Origin: Capsulimonadales bacterium
GTDB lineage: Bacteria; Armatimonadota; Armatimonadia; Armatimonadales; Armatimonadaceae
DNA: 64,000 bases
Direction: 5' to 3'
NCBI GenBank assembly: GCA_033762295.1
Contig: JANRLW010000126.1
Coordinates: forward strand, 12,660 to 76,659
Under the pieces are notes generated by a model, which saw only the letters and a program-made list of their open reading frames with translations, was not told the DNA's origin and ran no database searches. The position numbers and the translations under genes are program-made. Positions 19,062 through 27,957 of this stretch are shown here, piece by piece (position 1 is the stretch's first letter; each line of letters starts with the position of its first letter).

Positions 19062-19685
19062 GTGGAAATACGAAGCGCGAACCAAAAGACGGGGCGCATC
19101 GCCGAAGAGCGGCGAGCCCAGATTCTGAAAGCCGCCGCCGCCTGTTTCGGCAGGCGCGGCTTCCATCTCACCTCCATGGCGGAGGTATGCGCCGAAGCGA
19201 ACATCAGTCCGGGGTCCGTCTACCGCTATTTTCGGAGCAAGGAGGAGATCATCATCGCGTTATCGGAGCAGGAACGCGAACAGATCGAGGGGATCTTTGC
19301 CGAAGCGGAAACGCAGCCCACGTTGGAAGCGGCGCTTCACTATTGCGGGTTGGCCTTTGACGAGTGGCTCCGTTCTCCCGAGTCCCTGATCCTGTGGCTG
19401 GAAATGCTTGCGGAAGCGGCCCGTAATCCTCACGTCAAAGCGATCTTCGCCCGGACGGATCAGGTACTGCGCGAGCGACTCGGGCACCTGTTTCAAATGG
19501 CGAAGGCCCGTGGGGAGATCGATCCCGAACTCGATGTCGATCAGTCCGTCAAAATGCTGATCGCAATCTATGATGGCATGATGACCCGTCGTTCCTACGA
19601 TGAACTGGATTCGGAAAGATTCCAGGAAAACCTGTCCTTACTTTTGCGACGGTTTCTGCAACTCGGGGGAACGAACGTCGGATGA
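19062..19685 (+). CDS. TetR/AcrR family transcriptional regulator
   Basis: RRAQILKAAAACFGRRGFHLTSMAEVCAEANISPGSVYRYFRSKEE HTH. GTG at 19062 chosen because the longer ORF start is the -35 box itself. Confidence 0.92.
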   Translation: MEIRSANQKTGRIAEERRAQILKAAAACFGRRGFHLTSMAEVCAEANISPGSVYRYFRSKEEIIIALSEQEREQIEGIFAEAETQPTLEAALHYCGLAFDEWLRSPESLILWLEMLAEAARNPHVKAIFARTDQVLRERLGHLFQMAKARGEIDPELDVDQSVKMLIAIYDGMMTRRSYDELDSERFQENLSLLLRRFLQLGGTNVG

Positions 19686-19837
19686 ACAGGGATGCAAGGA
19701 AAGATACATCCCGGGACCGATCGTTTCTCCGACCTGCGGTCGTTGTACGGCTGCCAGGACACCGTTAAAATCAGGTCGCAAACTTTTGCCCGACAATCAA
19801 CTGGAAAGGTCGATCTCGACATAAGGAAAATCCAAAC

Positions 19838-21103
19838 ATGAAAAAAAACGCGAATGAGTGTTCGTTCTTATTGGTCGCAGGGATGGCTCTTTTGTTTCCG
19901 CCGCTGGCGGGGTGTCCCAATCCGGCACCGGCGGTCACGCCGACCCCGGAGGTCCCCTCGCCGATCTCCTCGCCGAATCCGACCCCCTCGACGACTCCCG
20001 GAATCATGAATCCCCGGAAGCCCTCCTCCCGACCTTCGGAAATCGTACTGACCGGAGCGTTGAAGGCCGATCGGGAGGTGCGCCTGACGACCCGGAATGC
20101 CGGGCGAATCGCCGAAGTGTTCGTACGTGAGGGAGATGCTATCAAAGCAAGACAGATACTGGCTCGGCTCGACACCCGGGAGTTGACGGCACAGGAACGG
20201 AGTGCGGACGCGGCCATCGCCGCCGCCCGAGCGCAGGCGGCACAGGCGGCGGCGGCCTTGCGTCAGCAGATCGTTTCGACCACATCCGCCATCGCGGAGG
20301 CGGAGGCCGGACTGCGCGGCGCGAAGGCGCAGCTCGATCAGCTTCTGGCGGGCGCACGATCCCAGGAAAAAGCGCAAGCAGGAGCGCAGGTCGCCATCGC
20401 CCGTGCGAACCTGATGAGAGCGGAGGACGATTGGAAGCGATATGAGCGGCTGGCACGGGCCGGCGCGGTCGCGGAAATGGAAGCCGACCAGTATCGGACC
20501 AATCGGGATATTGCGGCGGAGCAGGTCCGGGCGCAGGAGGAAGCCCTTTCCCTGCTGAATGCGGGGGCGCGCCAACAGGAAATCGAGCAAGCGAGACAGG
20601 CCGTCCGACGGGCGGAAGAGATGCTACGACAGGCGAAAGCCACCGAGGCGCAGATCGACCTGCGCCGGGCGGAGGTTCAGGCGGCGCAGGCGGTGCTATG
20701 GCAACGCCGGAACGAAAAGCTGATCGCGACGGAAACCCTGAGGGACGCCGACCTGGTCGCGCCCTTCGCCGGATGGGTCACCGCGCGTTCGGCGCAACCG
20801 GGGCAACGCGTCGCCGCGGATGAGACGCTGTTCACGCTCGTGAGCCGCGCGGTGTACTTCGAGCCATCGGTCCCCGAAACCGACTTCCGTCACCTTCGGG
20901 TGGGTGAGCGGGTGCAGGTAACCGTGGATGCCTTTCCCGGCCGTTCCTTTACCGGACGAATCACCCTGATGGGAGCCTCGGCGCAAACGACCGGGCGGGC
21001 ATTTCCGGTCCGGATCGAGCTGTTGAACGATGACGGGCGGTCGCTGAGACCGGGAATGTTCGCACGAACGGTTCTTGTCCGTGGAACGAAGGGAGACAAT
21101 TAA
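19838..21103 (+). CDS. RND efflux periplasmic adaptor (membrane fusion lipoprotein)
   Basis: LAGC lipobox, GRIAEVFVREGD and APFAGWV lipoyl halves around a long coiled coil, LRPGMFAR; AAGGA RBS. Confidence 0.92.
   Translation: MKKNANECSFLLVAGMALLFPPLAGCPNPAPAVTPTPEVPSPISSPNPTPSTTPGIMNPRKPSSRPSEIVLTGALKADREVRLTTRNAGRIAEVFVREGDAIKARQILARLDTRELTAQERSADAAIAAARAQAAQAAAALRQQIVSTTSAIAEAEAGLRGAKAQLDQLLAGARSQEKAQAGAQVAIARANLMRAEDDWKRYERLARAGAVAEMEADQYRTNRDIAAEQVRAQEEALSLLNAGARQQEIEQARQAVRRAEEMLRQAKATEAQIDLRRAEVQAAQAVLWQRRNEKLIATETLRDADLVAPFAGWVTARSAQPGQRVAADETLFTLVSRAVYFEPSVPETDFRHLRVGERVQVTVDAFPGRSFTGRITLMGASAQTTGRAFPVRIELLNDDGRSLRPGMFARTVLVRGTKGDN
19852..19867. promoter_or_regulatory. Putative TetR operator 2 inside the first codons of the adaptor gene
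   Basis: GAATGAGTGTTCGTTC, preceded by GC as in operator 1; both fit the palindrome GAATGAAC-GTTCATTC with 2-3 mismatches. Confidence 0.45.
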
Positions 21104-21105
21104 CC

Positions 21106-24100
21106 ATGCAGTGGCTTGCCAGGGTTTCGGTGACCCGACCGATTTTCGCCGCGGTCCTGATTCTTTCATTGACCGTTCTCGGCCTTTTTACGCTGCCTCA
21201 ACTGCCGGTGGAACGGTATCCGAACGTGGATATCCCGTTTGTGACGGTAATGACCGTGGTGCCCGGAGCGGGGCCAAAGGAGATCGAGTCGGAGGTAACG
21301 GAGATTATCGAACGTAACGTCGGAACGGTGCCCGGTATCTCCACGATTACCTCGCAATCGTCCGAGGGGGTTTCGCTGGTAACGATCGAGTTTGTGATCG
21401 AGAAGAACGGGGATACGGCGGCGCAGGAGGTGCGCTCCAAGGTGGATCTAGCCCTTGCCGATCTGCCGGTAACGGCCGAACGCCCGGTCGTGGAGAAGTT
21501 TAAAACCGATGATGTCCCGATTGTCGCCTTCACGCTCACGTCGCCCGGAGCGCCGTTACGCGAGCTGACGGAGTACGCTCGCTTGAAACTGCGTCCGCAA
21601 CTGGAGGGTATCCGGGGCGTCGGTCAGGTAAGCATCGTCGGGGGAAGCGAGCGAGAAATCCAGGTACTGCTGGACCCGGAACGTCTGGCCGCGTTCGACC
21701 TTGCGCCGTCGGAGGTGCAAAGCGCCATCGAATCCCAGAATCTGCTGGTTCCCGGCGGCGCCATCGTTCAGGGGACGACGCGCTTCTCCCTGCAAACGGA
21801 AGGGCGAGTCAAAACCCTTGAACAACTGGCGGCGATCGTAATCCGGAAATCGGCAGGACGCGCCATCCGCCTTTCGGATGTCGGCCGGATCGTCGACGGT
21901 TCGAAGGAGGCGAAATCCCTCGCCCGTGTCAACGGCGAACCGGCGATCCTGCTCAATGTTCGCAAGCAGAGCGGCGAAAATACGGTCGCCGTCGTGGACG
22001 CCATTGAACAGCGCCTGAAGCGGATCGAGCCGACGATGCCGGAGGGCTACGAAACCCGGATCGTGCGGGATGAGGCGGTGTTTGTCAAGGCGTCCGTCCG
22101 GGACGTTCAGACGCACCTCATTCTCGGTTCGATCCTGGCCGCCGTCGTCGTACTCGTATTTCTGCGCGACTGGCGTTCCACAATCATCGCCGCGATCGCG
22201 ATCCCCGCTTCGATCATCGCGACCTTTGCGCTGATGAAGGTCCAGGGGTTCACGATCAACGTACTGACGCTTCTGGCGTTGACCCTGGCGGTCGGTATCG
22301 TGATCGATGACGCGATCATCGTCCTTGAAAACATCGTTCGTTACCTTAATGAGCGGACCACGGACCGGAAGGAAGCGGCGATCAAGGCAACCAATGAGAT
22401 CGGGCTTGCGGTCCTCGCCACTACCCTGTCGCTGGTCGCGGTCTTTCTCCCGGTCGCCTTTATCTCCGGGATTACCGGACGCTTCCTTGCCTCGTTTGCT
22501 TTGACCATGACGTTTTCGATCCTGGTCTCTCTGCTCGTCGCGTTCACCATTACGCCGATGCTCGGTTCGCTTTTCCTGAAACCGCATGCACACCCGCACG
22601 GCGCAGGGGATGTCCCCGGGAAACGGGATTGGTTGACGTTCGTCGAGGACGCCTATACCGCCGTCCTCGCCTCGGCAATGAGACATCGCTGGGTTGTGGT
22701 GGTGCTATCGGCGGGCGCGCTGATTGCCGTGGTGCCGCTCGCGCGTCATGCCAAGACAGGATTCCTCCCTTCCGAGGACCTGAGTATGTTCACGGTCACG
22801 GCGCGTTTGCCGGAAGGGACCGCCCTGTCGGAGACGGATCGGCAACTTTCCCTGCTGGCGAAGGAGCTTCAACCGCTGCCCGAGGTCAGTGCGACCGTGG
22901 TCACGGTGGGGGACGGAGGCATCACCAACCGGGGAACGATCCTGGTCAAACTCCATGAGATCCATGAGCGAAAACATCCTCTTTCTTCGTTCGACCTGAT
23001 GGCGAAGGTACGCCAGGAGATTCTGCCGCGTTATCCGAAGGACTGGACGATCACGGTGGCATCGACCGACTCCTTCTCCGAGAGTGATGCCTCGGTCCAG
23101 TATGTTCTGACCGGACCCGATCAGGACAGGCTGCTTTCTGCCGCCAATGCGATGGTTGCCGAGTTGAAGCGTCTGCCCGAAGTGGCGTCGGTCAGTACGA
23201 ATGCGTATCCGGGGAAGCCGCAATGGCAGGCGCAGATCGACCGGGAACGGGCCGCCGAATACGGGGTGTCGGTCGCCGATATCGCCCGGAACGTTCGTCT
23301 GCTGATTGAGGGGGAAAAGGTCTCACGATACAGCGAAAATGGCCGTCAGTTCGATATCCGGGTGCTCGCGGACGCCGATTTTCGGCATAATTCCGATGCT
23401 CTGCGTCGGTTCCGTGTTCCTGCGGCCTCGGCGACCGGCCCGACGACGATCCCGCTGTCCGACGTTGCCGGTTTCGTTCCTTCGACCGAACTCGCGGAGA
23501 TCAATCGGTACGGTCGTCAGCGGGAGATCCGGGTTCTGGTGGTGCCGGTGCCGAATGCCTCCGTCGGCGGGTTACAGGAGGTCGCGGAGCGTGTTTACGC
23601 GGCGCAAGGGCTTTCCTCGGAGTATCGGATGTCCGCTGAGGGAGACGCACAGGAGACTGAAAAGACGTTTGCCGCCTTCGGTATGGCGTTCCTGCTGTCC
23701 ATCACGTTTATGTATCTGATCCTGGCCGCACAATTCGAGTCCTGGGTCCATCCGGTGACGATCCTGCTGTCGCTCCCGCTCTGTGTGCCGTTCGCGCTCC
23801 TGCCGATCGTCGTGATGGGGGACTCTCTGAATCTCTATTCGCTACTGGGCATCCTGGTGCTCTTCGGCATTGTCAAAAAGAACTCGATTTTGCAGGTCGA
23901 CCATGCGAATCAGCTGCGTGCGTCGGGTATGGAAAGGAATAAGGCGGTGATACAGGCTTCTCGGGATCGTCTGCGCCCGATTTTGATGACGACCATCGCC
24001 TTCGTCGCCGGGATGATCCCGCTGGCGATGTCCCATGAAGCGGGAGCGGCGACAAATCGTTCGATCTCCATCGTCGTCATCGGAGGGCAGACGCTTTCCC

Positions 24101-25668
24101 TCGCTCTGACCTTGATTGCGACCCCGGTGTTTTACTCGCTTTTCGATGACGGGATTCAGTGGTGGGCGAAGCGTCGCCGGGGAACCGGGACGCGGGGCAT
24201 ACGGAGTGTCGCGACAGGCGGCCTTTTGCTGGCGCTCATGGTCTGGGGGGCGTCCGGGGCGAAGGCTCAGTCGTCCGCCGTGGCCGGAACGATCCGCAGC
24301 GTCGATGAAGCCGTACGGATCGGACTTTCTCGGAATGCCCAACCCCGGCTGGCCGCGGAGCAGGTGCAACGCGCGAAGGAGGTGACGGCGCAGTTCCGCG
24401 CCGCCCTGCGGCCACAGCCGTTCGTCGCGTTCACCTATACCCGGCTCTCGGACCCGAACGCCTTCGGAAGTACGGGATTGGCGGCGACCGGCAACCTGGC
24501 CGTGCCGGGCGGACCGTCGACCTCCCCGATTGCCCCGCCGGGAACGACGCCGGTCAACCTGCCCGATGACGCCGTACGCGTTACCCGGTCGCGTCAGGCG
24601 GACGCCGATGAACAGGAGACGTTGACACCGGAGGGGAATGCCAACCGGATCGATCTGAACGTGACGACGGCGCAGGTCGGCGTCAATCTCCCGATCGATA
24701 TTACCGGGACGTTACAGCGAGCGGTCCGAATCGGTCGACAGGATGAGGAACTCGCACGATTGCAGGAGGAGCAGGTTCGTCAGGAACTCGCGCTCACGAT
24801 CCGGATCGCCTGTTATCAGCTTCTGGCGGCGGAGGAGAGCGTGCGCGTGCAGGAGGCGGCCGTGGTCCGGGCGGTTGAACAGGTGCGTACGGTATCGGAA
24901 AGGCGTAAAGAGGGGGTGGTACCCGCTTTTGACCTGCTTCGTGCGAAAACGGAGGAACTGAGCATCCGACAGGCGGAAATCAATGCACGTAACCAGCGGG
25001 ACGTAGCGCTGTCCGCCCTGACCAATCTTTTGAACGTTCCGGCGGAGACACCGATCCGACTGGAAAGTCCGGAACTCCCCTCGGAACCGTCGTTGACGCT
25101 TTCCGATCTGCTGACACAGGCGCTGGCGGCGCGCCCGGAGGCGCGTTTTGCGCGACTCAGCCTCGATCGTTCCGCGAACGCCGTTCGTTACGCCCGTCGG
25201 GGTTTGGAACCGCAGTTCAATCTTTCGGCGTCGGGGGTATACAATGCAAATCAGGCGGGGTTCGGCTTCAGCGCTCGTCGGGCGACGGCCAGCGTCTCCG
25301 CCGTCGTTTCGTTGCCGCTGGACGATGGGGGAACGACCCGTGCGCAGGTCCGAACCGCCCGTTCGGAACAGCGTGAGGCGGACCTGCGGCGCGACCAATT
25401 CCAGCGGGGAATCGTCGCGGAGGTGGAGCAGAACCTGATTGCCGTTCGGGACGCCTATGCCCGCCATGCGGTCGCCCGGGAGGCGATCCGGGAAGCGAGA
25501 GCCGCGCTCGATATCGCCGCCTTGCGGTTTTCCGCAGGAGTCGGCACCCAACTGGAAACGCTGGATGCGCAGTCCGCTCTCACCCGTGCGGAGGGGAACG
25601 CTGCCAGCGCCCGGTTTGAGGTGTTGAGCAGTCTGGCCCGACTCAAACGCGCCCTCGGCGAGGGGTGA
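21106..25668 (+). CDS. AcrB-family RND permease fused to a TolC-family outer membrane factor
   Basis: First ~1020 aa carry IVIDDAII, IVKKNSIL and RLRPILMTT proton-relay motifs; last ~470 aa show two OEP-like repeats (FDLLRAK; GVGTQLETLDAQ). One uninterrupted ORF. Confidence 0.9.
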   Translation: MQWLARVSVTRPIFAAVLILSLTVLGLFTLPQLPVERYPNVDIPFVTVMTVVPGAGPKEIESEVTEIIERNVGTVPGISTITSQSSEGVSLVTIEFVIEKNGDTAAQEVRSKVDLALADLPVTAERPVVEKFKTDDVPIVAFTLTSPGAPLRELTEYARLKLRPQLEGIRGVGQVSIVGGSEREIQVLLDPERLAAFDLAPSEVQSAIESQNLLVPGGAIVQGTTRFSLQTEGRVKTLEQLAAIVIRKSAGRAIRLSDVGRIVDGSKEAKSLARVNGEPAILLNVRKQSGENTVAVVDAIEQRLKRIEPTMPEGYETRIVRDEAVFVKASVRDVQTHLILGSILAAVVVLVFLRDWRSTIIAAIAIPASIIATFALMKVQGFTINVLTLLALTLAVGIVIDDAIIVLENIVRYLNERTTDRKEAAIKATNEIGLAVLATTLSLVAVFLPVAFISGITGRFLASFALTMTFSILVSLLVAFTITPMLGSLFLKPHAHPHGAGDVPGKRDWLTFVEDAYTAVLASAMRHRWVVVVLSAGALIAVVPLARHAKTGFLPSEDLSMFTVTARLPEGTALSETDRQLSLLAKELQPLPEVSATVVTVGDGGITNRGTILVKLHEIHERKHPLSSFDLMAKVRQEILPRYPKDWTITVASTDSFSESDASVQYVLTGPDQDRLLSAANAMVAELKRLPEVASVSTNAYPGKPQWQAQIDRERAAEYGVSVADIARNVRLLIEGEKVSRYSENGRQFDIRVLADADFRHNSDALRRFRVPAASATGPTTIPLSDVAGFVPSTELAEINRYGRQREIRVLVVPVPNASVGGLQEVAERVYAAQGLSSEYRMSAEGDAQETEKTFAAFGMAFLLSITFMYLILAAQFESWVHPVTILLSLPLCVPFALLPIVVMGDSLNLYSLLGILVLFGIVKKNSILQVDHANQLRASGMERNKAVIQASRDRLRPILMTTIAFVAGMIPLAMSHEAGAATNRSISIVVIGGQTLSLALTLIATPVFYSLFDDGIQWWAKRRRGTGTRGIRSVATGGLLLALMVWGASGAKAQSSAVAGTIRSVDEAVRIGLSRNAQPRLAAEQVQRAKEVTAQFRAALRPQPFVAFTYTRLSDPNAFGSTGLAATGNLAVPGGPSTSPIAPPGTTPVNLPDDAVRVTRSRQADADEQETLTPEGNANRIDLNVTTAQVGVNLPIDITGTLQRAVRIGRQDEELARLQEEQVRQELALTIRIACYQLLAAEESVRVQEAAVVRAVEQVRTVSERRKEGVVPAFDLLRAKTEELSIRQAEINARNQRDVALSALTNLLNVPAETPIRLESPELPSEPSLTLSDLLTQALAARPEARFARLSLDRSANAVRYARRGLEPQFNLSASGVYNANQAGFGFSARRATASVSAVVSLPLDDGGTTRAQVRTARSEQREADLRRDQFQRGIVAEVEQNLIAVRDAYARHAVAREAIREARAALDIAALRFSAGVGTQLETLDAQSALTRAEGNAASARFEVLSSLARLKRALGEG

Positions 25669-25734
25669 TTCCCGACCGGTCGCGGAGCGACATACCCACG
25701 CGCAGCCCGCGGGAACGTCGCTCCGCAATCTCGC

Positions 25735-26874
25735 TCAGTCGATCCCGAGAGCCTGATGGAGACGGCGGACCATTTCGCGGGCGTAATCGCGCGACTTTCG
25801 ACGGACGTCCTCCTCCGTGTCCGGAACCTGCTCGTCATGGAGGAAGCGGACCCCGGTTCGGGCGGCGATCTCCTCGGGCACCTCGTTCGGCAGTTCGATT
25901 CCGGCGCACGCGGCCGCGACCATCGTCCAGAGCCGCATCACCGTTCGCAGGTTGTACCCGCCGCCGCCGGTGACGGTCACCGGCAGTCCGGCGGAGAGGT
26001 CCAACAGTTTCCGTACGGCGGACATCCAGCCTTCCGAGGTGAGGAGCAGGTGGGCGAGCGGGTCCTCCCAGTGGGCGTCCGCTCCCAGCTGCAGGACGAC
26101 GGCCTGCGGACGGAAACGTTCGAACGCGAGCGGCACGACCGCGTCGAAGGCTTCATGCCAGACATCGTCCATCGTGTAAGGGAACAGGGGAACGTTAAGG
26201 GACGTTCCGGGTGCGGACGGTCCCCCGGTCTCCTCCGGGAATCCGGTGCCGGGGAACAGATACTGGCCGCTTTCATGCAGCGAAACGGTCATGACGCGCG
26301 GGTCATCATAAAAGCAGTTCTGGGTGCCGTCGCCATGGTGCGCATCGATATCCACGTACAGCACCCGTTCCATACCGGCTTCCAGGAAACGATGGATTCC
26401 CATTGCCAGATCATTGAACGTACAGAAGCCGGACGCCCGGTGCGGATGCGCATGGTGGAGTCCGCCGGCCACATTGAAGGCGGCACGATACCTTCCGGAG
26501 AGAAGAGCTTCGGTCGCCTCGATCGTCCCTCCCGAATACAACGCGGCGGCCTCGTACATGCCGGGGAACGCGGGGGTGTCTCCGGGGCCGATGCCGAACC
26601 GGGACAGATAAGCGCGATCCGACGTCTCGCCGCTTCCGGCTTTTCGAACCGCCTCGATGAAATCGTCGCGATGGACCCGCGCGATCTCGGCCTCGGTGGC
26701 GGCACGGGGTTCGGCATGGTCGATCGGGCCCGTCGGCGCAAGGACACCGTACGCCCGCAGCAGATCGTTCACCATTTTCAGGCGTTTTTGTTGAAGGGGA
26801 TGTTTGTTGCCGAGGTCATAGGTGAGAAAACGCTCGGCGTAAAGGAACAGTGCGGAGGTTTCGGGGCGATCCAT
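25735..26874 (-). CDS. Histone deacetylase family protein (AcuC-like)
   Basis: GGLHHA, SGFC, DIDAHHGDG, GADAH, GGGGY motifs; start trimmed to ATG 26874. Confidence 0.92.
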   Translation of the reverse strand: MDRPETSALFLYAERFLTYDLGNKHPLQQKRLKMVNDLLRAYGVLAPTGPIDHAEPRAATEAEIARVHRDDFIEAVRKAGSGETSDRAYLSRFGIGPGDTPAFPGMYEAAALYSGGTIEATEALLSGRYRAAFNVAGGLHHAHPHRASGFCTFNDLAMGIHRFLEAGMERVLYVDIDAHHGDGTQNCFYDDPRVMTVSLHESGQYLFPGTGFPEETGGPSAPGTSLNVPLFPYTMDDVWHEAFDAVVPLAFERFRPQAVVLQLGADAHWEDPLAHLLLTSEGWMSAVRKLLDLSAGLPVTVTGGGGYNLRTVMRLWTMVAAACAGIELPNEVPEEIAARTGVRFLHDEQVPDTEEDVRRKSRDYAREMVRRLHQALGID

Positions 26875-26880
26875 GCCGGG

Positions 26881-26886
26881 AGTGTA
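26881..26886 (-). promoter_or_regulatory. -10 box 6 nt upstream of the HDAC ATG (leaderless-type)
   Basis: Minus strand TACACT-CCCGGC-ATG with no Shine-Dalgarno. Confidence 0.5.
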
Positions 26887-26980
26887 CCCGGGAAACCGTC
26901 CGGGTCGGTGAATCTCCGCCAACGACGTCGCGGAAAAATAGTACGGGTGAAGCCGCGAAATTCCGAATAATAATAGTAGA

Positions 26981-27562
26981 ATGAAATACACTATTTCGGT
27001 AACGGAGGCTGGGGGAGCAAGGGAGAAGCTGGTTTTGGAAAGCCGGGCGGGGGAGAGTGTCCGGCATATCGTGTTGAAGATAGTCGCCTATCTTCTTTTT
27101 GCGCCGACGGCTCCGGGGCCGTTGCGTATCGAACAGGCGGTCGGCCAGCGTCACCGTCCGGATCTGGTGGTGACGGACCCGGCGTCCGGCGCGGTGGTTC
27201 TCTGGATCGATTGCGGCCAGATCGAGACCCGACGCCTGGGTCGGATCGCGGCGTCCAACCCCGGGGCGCTGCTCTATGTGGTCAAGTCGACGTCGCGGGA
27301 GGCGTCGTCCTACGCCGAATCGGCGGTTCGGTTTTTGCCTGAGGGAGGGGAGCGGCGGGACCGCATTCGGTTCGTCGGGTTCCGGGACGGTTTCACCGAC
27401 GACGTGGTGGCGGCGGTCCGCAGCCGGAACGAGATCGTCGTTCGATCGGTCGGCGACCTTTTCGAGGTCGATTGGAACGGGGTGCGTCTGGTGACCGGGG
27501 TGACGGAACTCCGCGCCTCGGTGATCTTCGGGGCGGGCGAAACGGTATCAACGCCATCGTAG
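26981..27562 (+). CDS. YaeQ-like protein (PD-(D/E)xK-like fold)
   Basis: ESVRHIVLKIVAY, RPDL, LWIDCG pattern typical of the YaeQ family. Confidence 0.7.
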   Translation: MKYTISVTEAGGAREKLVLESRAGESVRHIVLKIVAYLLFAPTAPGPLRIEQAVGQRHRPDLVVTDPASGAVVLWIDCGQIETRRLGRIAASNPGALLYVVKSTSREASSYAESAVRFLPEGGERRDRIRFVGFRDGFTDDVVAAVRSRNEIVVRSVGDLFEVDWNGVRLVTGVTELRASVIFGAGETVSTPS

Positions 27563-27957
27563 AGCGAAGGAAAGAACCTCCGGCGAACCGGTCCGCGAGG
27601 CGGAAAAGCCGGTGGTGTCCTGTCGAAAGGAGAACAATTTTTCGCGGAATTTCCGGGGGTCAGGAAGGAATCCTTTTCTCGCCCGGTGAAAGGCCCAATA
27701 GTTCGCACCCTGCGACCGCCAATTTCGGTCTGCCTCCCGAAGGACTACTTCCTGACCGGAACGTTCCGACCGTACGGGGAGCGCCTGTCCGTCAGGCATC
27801 CCGGCCGGTCAGGGTCCAAATGCCGGTAGGGCGGCTCGCTGCCCGTTTCGGCCCGCTGTGCCGTCCATGCCTGCGGCAGGAAATGCCCCGTAGGACATAT
27901 GAGAAGGATTGTTCACAGAAGGTTCCGAATAGAATTTTCTGTGAGAGGAGTGTATTT

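Noticed and set aside
19838..25668. RND system as the dedicated exporter of the NRPS/PKS product
   Set aside because: Separated from the cluster by five unrelated genes and has its own TetR control; no sequence evidence of a link.
27740..27850. Known riboswitch (c-di-GMP, ZTP) in the lipoprotein leader
   Set aside because: Consensus elements of those aptamers could not be found by eye; kept only as an unassigned structure.
27472..27957. N-terminal 162 aa of the 882-aa ORF
   Set aside because: Overlaps the YaeQ-like gene; the RBS, signal peptide and lipobox indicate the start is ATG 27958.
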